A stretch of DNA of 63,344 bases, the filler included, from Folioceros fuciformis (taxonomy: Eukaryota): the NCBI GenBank assembly GCA_049999805.1. It is 31 parts of 31 records of this genome, joined end to end, with 100 filler letters (N's around TTAATTAATTAA, not from the genome) between each part and the next. Parts side by side here need not be neighbours in the genome. Positions count along the whole stretch, not along the records: positions 56,334 to 58,491 come from JBNGIO010004779.1; positions 58,592 to 63,344 come from JBNGIO010004780.1; 29 more parts are not named here. One strand, given 5' to 3'. The translations under genes were made by a program, and so were the position numbers. Positions 56,546 to 63,344 of this stretch are shown here, piece after piece. Each line of letters starts with the position of its first letter. Within the stretch, counting starts at the first letter, position 1. The notes beneath the pieces are model-generated. The model was not told the DNA's origin, did no database searches, and saw only the letters and a list, made by a program, of their open reading frames with translations.

Positions 56546-56905
56546 CTTGGTATTATCCAGTTCCACATTTGGTCTGACGCTGTCGATGATGAAATATAAG
56601 TAAATGCACTTAAAACAATTAATTTCATTAAAACATTTACATAGTTGGTTCTTAGAAAAGAAGAAGTAAGTGTTTTTAAAATATAGCACAAATTAAACTA
56701 AAAATGTGAAACGTGGTAGCTCTTCACTTGGAGTCGTAACCCTAACGAAACGACACCATAAATTATTTAACCATAACTCAATGTATCTTAAAAATCAAGC
56801 ATAACCCTTTAATGCTGCTGCTACCACCTCTAGGTGCTCCCGAACTCGGCCTCTAGATCCTGGCTGCCGACCTTGATCCTAGATCTAAGGGTGGCTAGCT
56901 CATAG

Positions 56906-57251
56906 GCTCTGATACCAAAGATGTTACGGGGCAGCTCTGGATTCCAGCTTTGGGAAAATGGACGTTCTCTTCATGTTTGGATTCGCTACAAATACATGTG
57001 TGTGAGCAGTGTCAAGAAGGTTGTGCCTGCCCGCCTAACTACCCTACTTCTTGGGATTCTACTGGTATAACAATTTTTAGTTATCTGGATATCCTGTATA
57101 CTGGCATTTATCTATTTAATTAGTATATGTTTAATTATTTCGTATCAGCTGGGTATTCGCTAAAACCATGAGTGTTTTGTAGGGTTCATGCTACCTATTT
57201 CGTGGTAGCTTCGGTTCCTTGGCGGATGACTTGAGTGGCCTGCTTGTCATC
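56906..57251 (-). mobile_element. LTR (about 56922-57251) plus PBS(Met) at 56906-56917, inserted into a copia pol
   Basis: Minus strand reads TGATGAC...CCCCGTAACA-TCTT-TGGTATCAGAGC. Confidence 0.65.
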
Positions 57252-58491
57252 ACGTTTCAACTTGTACCATCTAGATGTAGCTATACCCTGGGCACCACCA
57301 TCATCCCTAGCTGCAGACATCGACAACCACTCACAAAATCATACCTTCTTATGGCACGCTAGATTGGGACACATGCACTTGCAGCGGACGCGAAACATGC
57401 TCAAGACTAGAGCAGCTGACGGCATATCACTCACCCGACTTGAAGATTTTGGCATATGCTCAGCTTGCTCACTAGCTAAGAGCCAGCGGTCTCCTTTCCT
57501 GAAGGGCCCTGCAACAAGAGCCAGCAAACGGCTCCAATTAGTCCATTAAGACTTGTGCAAACCCTTAAGGAGGTCCCTCCATGGCTACTTGTACTTTATG
57601 CTCATCATAGATGACCTAACAAGATTCACTATCATATATTTCCTCAAACAAAAAAACCAGGCATTGACAGGCTTTAAAGACTACAAGACATGGGCTGAAA
57701 AACAAATAGGTGACTCCATCCTTTGCTTACAATCTGATGGAGGCAGCGAGTATGGCTCTAGCCCATTCCAACAATTCTGCAGGGAACACGGGATCAACCG
57801 TCAAGTAACCACTCCGCACACCTCCCACCAAAATGGAGTGGTGGAGAGAATGAACCGAACAGTTCAGAATTGTGGATTGTCTAGGCTTATACACACACAG
57901 CTTTCCAAAAGTTACTGACCAGAGGCCATGGGACACGCTGTGTATATTATCAATAGGACCCTCACTACAGCACTACCTCAAGGTACTCCATATGAAGCTT
58001 GGATGGGGCACAGGCCAAATCTCTCTACCCTCGGAGTTTTCGGCTCACCTGTTTACATACACACCCAAAGCAGTTCGAACAAAGCTGGATGATAGGGCCA
58101 GCAAATACCTATTTGTGGCATTCACTGACGCCATTAAAGGCTATAAACTCATCCATCCATAGACACACAAACTGACCTATTCCCGAGATGTAACATTCCT
58201 TGAGGACATGTCGGACAACCCTACAGTGGGATAATCCTCCAGCCACACCACTGCACAGCCTGAGGATAGTGACGAAGATGAGTCCAAACCACCCAATCTC
58301 CTAGCTCCTCACCAACAAGCTCAACCACAGCCACCCGCCCAGCCCGTGCCACCAACCACACCTGCACCAAAGCCCGGCCCTCTACCTCAACCTGCAGCAG
58401 CAACTCCATCAATCTTCTTTGGCGATTTTATGGACAACAAGCTTGACTCCTCCTTACTTGCAGAAGCGTCCTCGGCCTCCAGCATCTTCAG
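57252..58491 (+). mobile_element. Ty1/copia GAG-pre-integrase and integrase relic
   Basis: LWHARLGH, YFMLIIDDLTR, QSDGGSEY, QNGVVERMNRT. Confidence 0.92.
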
Positions 58492-58591
58492 NNNNNNNNN
58501 NNNNNNNNNNNNNNNNNNNNNNNNNNNNNNNNNNNTTAATTAATTAANNNNNNNNNNNNNNNNNNNNNNNNNNNNNNNNNNNNNNNNNNNN

Positions 58592-59650
58592 AGAAAAATA
58601 ATCTTGAAAATGGTCATAAACTGTGCCAGACAAACCCCCTGAAGAAACTCACGACACAGAAGAGAGTGCATGCCTAAAAACAATCCTATCCAAGCTCAAA
58701 GGCTCCTCGACCGTGTGGTCAAGAAGATCTTGCGGTATAGTGTCATGAGGTTCTGGATGAAGGGCACGAAGTGCAGCAATGGTGTCCTCAGTTGCAGATG
58801 CAGCCGGCTCTGGGCGTAGTGCTCTAGCAGCCCAAGCATATTCACCATCCTTGCCCAACATGAGACACCGCTTGAGATGCGCATTAAATGGGTCATGGCA
58901 TACCTTGTCAACCTTAGCTGACTCCAATCGAGATTTTACTGCTAGTAGATCCTCCTCCTAAAGATCTCCAAATCGAAAACGGCGAAGTCGAGAGGCCACC
59001 TCCCTATGACTTGATGGACCACCCCTAGAGCGCCGAAGGCACCATCTAGGCAGGAAAAGGAACAAAATCCAAGCACTCTCATCCCTCGGGTCCCAAGCAA
59101 GGCGATCTAAGAGAAGATGATAAGCAAGGCGAATATCATCATGTATGCACCTAGGGAGACGTCAGAAGAGGCGAGGACATGGAAAACGAGCATGGAAAAG
59201 AGCCAAAAAGTGATCAGATTGCCCTCGAAGCCACAACCAAGCCTCCGGGGATGGCCCCAGAGGATCTGTTAGAAGAGGATTGGTAGCTGGTTCGGAGGAA
59301 GAAGCAAGTCGCACTTGTGCCACCCAAGTGGTCCTATTGAAGTCCTTATGCTTGTGACCAATATGGCACTTCACCCCCTTGGCCCCGGAGCAAAGTTGAG
59401 AACACACTGGGCAAGGGGTGTCCTTGACAGGTAAAGGCTGGGTGTCACTCGCCATGTGATAGAGGCATGTAGAAAGTCTTGTAAAATGATCAAAACCAAA
59501 CAATTGTACTCCTCATTGTAACCCATAACCCTATAATGCCCTCCATATACTCCACTCTAAGCCGCTCAACCCTAGACCCATTTTGCTCCACAATGTTTAC
59601 AAAACGCTAAACCCACTTTTCTCCATCGTGTAACTAAACCCTAAACCTAA
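58592..59650 (-). mobile_element. 5' part of a CRE-clade-like (restriction-like endonuclease group) non-LTR retrotransposon
   Basis: Single frame from ATG 59455 with three stops: C2H2 finger CPVC...HIGHKH, AWILFLFLPRWCL..RGG, GEYAWAARAL, TIAALRALHP, SSGGLSG. Confidence 0.75.
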
Positions 59651-60545
59651 TCCTGGATCCTCGAGGTACTAGGACAGTGCACTAACTGAATGTTGGATAT
59701 CCAGTTTGGTCTAGGAACTAATGTAGTTGAGACACCCCACTGTGTGCCGGTAGGGCATCGTACTCATCAATTCACGATTGCATCATCCTTGGGGCCCTGT
59801 TGAGAGGTAAGCTTCAAACCTACACTACCAGGAGTGCTGACTAGCTTAGCATCTTGCAAATTGAACCTCCTAAGAGTCTCATTGATATACTTTGTGTGGT
59901 GCAGAATAAGGGTCTGGTTGGCCCTGTTACGAACAAGCTGCACATCGTGAACAAAGGTGAGTGGGCCAATGTCTTTCATATCATAGCGTTTGTGAAGCAT
60001 TCCCTTGACCCAATCCAACAGTTCTCTGTTGTTGGATGCTAAGATTGCGTCATCGACATAGAGAGCAAGGAAAACCATATGTCCTCCTTTGCTGTAGATG
60101 TAGATGTTTGCATCAGCTGGGTTTTGTATGAAGCCAATAGATTTTAGACACTTGTCGATGCACTTGTACCACTCCTGTGCTCTTTGCTTCAAGCCGTAGA
60201 GTGTTTCCTTGAGCTTACATACCCAGGTATGATGCTCAGGGTCCACGAAGCCTTCGGGCTATTCCATGTATATGTCCTCCTTGAGATCCCCATATAGAAA
60301 AGTTATTGACACATCCATCTGCTCCAAATCCCAGTCCTTCGCTACAGCTAGGGCTAGGATCATGCGGATGGACAGCGTCTTCACAACGGGACTAAAAGTC
60401 TCATGGAAATACACTCCAGCAACCTGAGGGAATCCCCGGGCCACAAGGGGCCTCTTGTATCTTGCAATTTCACCCTGAACATTATGTTTGAAAACCCACT
60501 TGCAGCTTACAGCCTTGCAACCAGCAGGTAAGGGGGAAAGCTCCC
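59651..60545 (-). mobile_element. Ty1/copia RT, closely related to 23652-25007
   Basis: CKWVFK, QMDVSITFLYG, LYVDDAILASNNRELLDWVKGML; ends YLEDPG at the junction. Confidence 0.93.
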
Positions 60546-61059
60546 ATGCAACGCTTATGCTCAGATGCAGATGCTTGTCATAGGGAAACCTTATTTGGTC
60601 GAAAAAGCTCTCACGACAGCAAACGACTTCAGTCTCCTTCAACTCTCTGTGATTGGTTTCATGGCAAAAAAATGCGAACCTCCCCAGCTAATGTTCTCAC
60701 TTCTCACGAGCAAACGTGCAGACAATGTGAGGCTGAAGCTCAGGTGTAGTTCCCATTTACACAGTATGCTTTCGTCGTTGTGCTAACTCCTCGCCATGTG
60801 TGTGCAGACTAGGAAAGCCTTGGTAAAAACGTAATGGGATTTGATCATAGCAACAATGATAGAGAGCCGAAGGGAGATGTCATTTTCCCAAACTCGGCAA
60901 TCGTTGCCAAGATTTGAGCTGTGAGATGCTGGAGATGACCCAAACTTTGGTCCATCGGACGAGGACAATGGTCCTGTGTGTGGAGTCCACATGACAAACA
61001 GATCCCCTGGAAAGTGGCAGAGTTTGTTTTTTTTGGAGTTCTGATTGAATTTCGTAGAG

Positions 61060-62529
61060 GAGTGGTTAAGAGATTAGGTTAGATTAACGGTGAGTCAATA
61101 GGGTCTAGGTAGGATGTGTGGTAGGTAGGTCACGGTTCTAGGTCCCCTTGGCTAGGGTGTCTGGATGTGTGTGGAATCCTAGGACTGTGCGTGGGAAGGG
61201 CGAGTCGGGGCTCCTGGGGTAAAGACGGGGACGACGAGCCCTTGCTCCTGGTGCACCGGATAGGCAAGGATCACAAGAGCACAGGTGGCCAGGTTAGCAG
61301 CCAGGCGGATCGGCTGGGCAAGCTGCATGGCCGAATCCAAGAGAAACGAGGCCGGGGTGCGACCTCTGGCCGAGCTGGTCATGGTTGGGCCAGACAGGGG
61401 TAAGAGGGGTTGGTGGATCCAACTAGCCAGGAAGGCTGGCGGCAAGATGGGATCCGGAAGCCAACGAGTCAGGGTGTATGGCAAGTGGTTGGGCAGCAGC
61501 GGCCCAGCTGTGGAGGACCAGACGGCCAGCCGCTGCAAGCAGGGCAGGCTGGCCAATGCTTTAGGCTGGGCTGGTCGTGACCGGAGGAAGTCGAACGGTG
61601 GTGAGTCGGGGTCTAGGCCAGGCTGAGCACGGGGTCGGGTCCGGGCTAGGGTTCCAGCTGAATCCAGTCAGCAAAAGACCGGCCAGACGGGTGGAAGCAA
61701 GCCGGCCCGACTAAGGTGGATCCAGGCTGATCGGGCTAATCAGGCTGCGCAGTCAGGAGGAGGCCGAGGGCCGGTTGGAGGCTGGTGCGTTGCTAAGGAA
61801 CCTAGCCAGCCCGGCCCAACAGCAGGCAGCTCTGCGAGCGGGCTGCCTGGCCAGATCCGGATGCAGGGCCGATTGGCAGGGGCTGGTTGGATGCTGGCGG
61901 ATCCGAAGGCCAGGCCGGCGGCGGGCTAGTTGGCTGATCCTCAAGCCGGGCAGCCAGGTGGTGGGCGATTCGACATCTAGGCTGACTCGTGGGCAGGCTG
62001 CAAGCAGGCAGGCGCCTGCCCGGATCGCCAAGGTGGGTGGCAGGATCTGGCCGCGCTAGGTCGAAGCGGGTTGGTGCAGCCAGTTCGGCCTGGTTGCTCG
62101 ACCAGCCAGGTTGATCGACCGATTACGGCTGGTGGCTGGCGGCTGGGGAAATTGGCCAAGGAGGCGCAGGTGGATCAAGAGGCCGGCATGCGGCTTGGCC
62201 GATGACTCGGCATCTAGGAAGCAGGCGACCCGTGGGCTGACTGCCTAGCCAGACCTAGGAGTTGGTGGAGCGCAGTAAGATCAGCCGGCTTGTAGCCAGC
62301 TTGGCTGGCTGATCCGGAAGGCGGGCTGGTCGGTTAGCTGGGCTAGTCGGGGTGGACCTGGATGTGCTGGTTGGGTTGGAGGCAGGCGGGCGGCGCTAGA
62401 CCCGGCAACGGCCAGGCCAGCCGATCGTGGCCGTCCAGTCCCGATCAGATAGAGGCTAGACAGCTCGGGGAGGTCGTTGACTGCGGGAAGGTTGCTGAAG
62501 GGCTGGAGTAGCAGGCCAACCTGGCCCAG
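61060..62529. repeat. GC-rich cryptically simple repeat region (opposite orientation)
   Basis: GGCTGG/GCCAG/GATCC words. Confidence 0.55.
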
Positions 62530-63344
62530 TGTTTGGAAGTAACCCGTTAGGGTTAGCTTTACTTAAACATAGCAGCTGTTAGGTTATGAATATATACTTT
62601 AGGTTTGAGCTATTGCCAAATGTCATGACTCGTCAAGAGTCCTGTATATAAACACTTTTGTTGATCATAATTAAACATCTTTTGTGCATAATATTCTTCC
62701 TAGAATACTCTTATGTTTACATGGTATCAGAGCATGGAGGTTTTGATACGCGATCTTATTCTCTACTTGTAAGATGCATTCGTCTAAATTGTAGATGTAT
62801 GTAGCCAAACTGGATCATAGACACAAGACCCAATGACCATAATTTGTAGTCCCTGGTTCGTGTGTCTAAGACTCTATCTTGCTACCTACATGACAGTATT
62901 AGTGATAGGCTATTTACATTTAGCAGAAACAATCATGAAACATTTCCGCTGTGCAAATCTGCCTGCATCAGAGTGGCAGATTATGATTTTCTAAATTGAA
63001 AAATGCCTCGCCGGGGACGACCTCGTGTCGAGCATTCAGTTGGAGTGCCTTGCAGCCATCACAATTTCAGGCAACACATGGGATTAGCCAGACCTGCTTG
63101 GGACGATAGGGCAAGACAGGACGACATCCCATACACCTTGCCTTTCAACGTGCACGCGATTGGGTGTTCGAGAGACAGGCATCCAGAAGTCGAGTTGCGG
63201 AATACCTTCAATTCCCGTCCAATAGACTTACTTGAGATTGTAGGGGCTTACAGAGTGCTCAACGACAGGTTGACAATCACAGAATCAGCGTTGTTGACGG
63301 CGTTCTCTTGCCAGGGTGAGGTGCATATTGCTTGACATCAAGAA
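62530..63344 (+). mobile_element. LTR retrotransposon 5' end (probably copia): 192-bp LTR 62530-62721, PBS(Met) 62722-62733, leader
   Basis: TGTTT...TTTACA, AT-rich with TATATAAA, then TGGTATCAGAGC. Confidence 0.8.
63003..63335 (+). CDS. Leader ORF after PBS (110 aa, basic N-terminus)
   Basis: AAAATGC context; MPRRGRPR resembles MPHRGRARGR at 34753. Confidence 0.5.
   Translation: MPRRGRPRVEHSVGVPCSHHNFRQHMGLARPAWDDRARQDDIPYTLPFNVHAIGCSRDRHPEVELRNTFNSRPIDLLEIVGAYRVLNDRLTITESALLTAFSCQGEVHIA

Noticed and set aside
2681-58591. Regularly recurring TTAATTAATTAA as a biological repeat, and gene neighbourhoods across it
   Set aside because: Always centred in N44 flanks, so it is an assembly linker; ORFs ending in X...LIN are artefacts

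Overview
This window is not a continuous locus. It is about 31 short unplaced contigs joined by an artificial 100-nt linker (N44-TTAATTAATTAA-N44, stops in all six frames), so adjacency across a linker means nothing. The host is a plant, probably a bryophyte, judging by the 5S rRNA type, plant tRNA-iMet and tRNA-Asp primer-binding sites, and OSB/PPR and PUX-type genes. Most of the sequence is nested, decayed transposable elements: many Ty1/copia fragments, Ty3/gypsy elements (a Met-primed chromovirus type and Asp-primed Athila/Tat-like types), an L1 ORF1, a CRE-clade-like non-LTR element and two pogo/Tigger-type transposase relics. Non-TE content is one 5S rRNA gene, the 5' end of an OSB-PDF-motif/PPR-like gene, a UBX-domain ORF and a small scaffold that looks bacterial or phage (SGNH hydrolase-like). 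The most interesting signal is that the copia elements appear to carry accessory genes at both ends. One has a three-exon, frame-preserving spliced antisense gene directly behind pol (28338-28944). Others have antisense ORFs starting just inside the PPT, two of them with an N-terminal hydrophobic helix. Several have a basic/coiled-coil extra ORF between the PBS and gag. All family assignments come from motif recognition by eye; no database searches were run.
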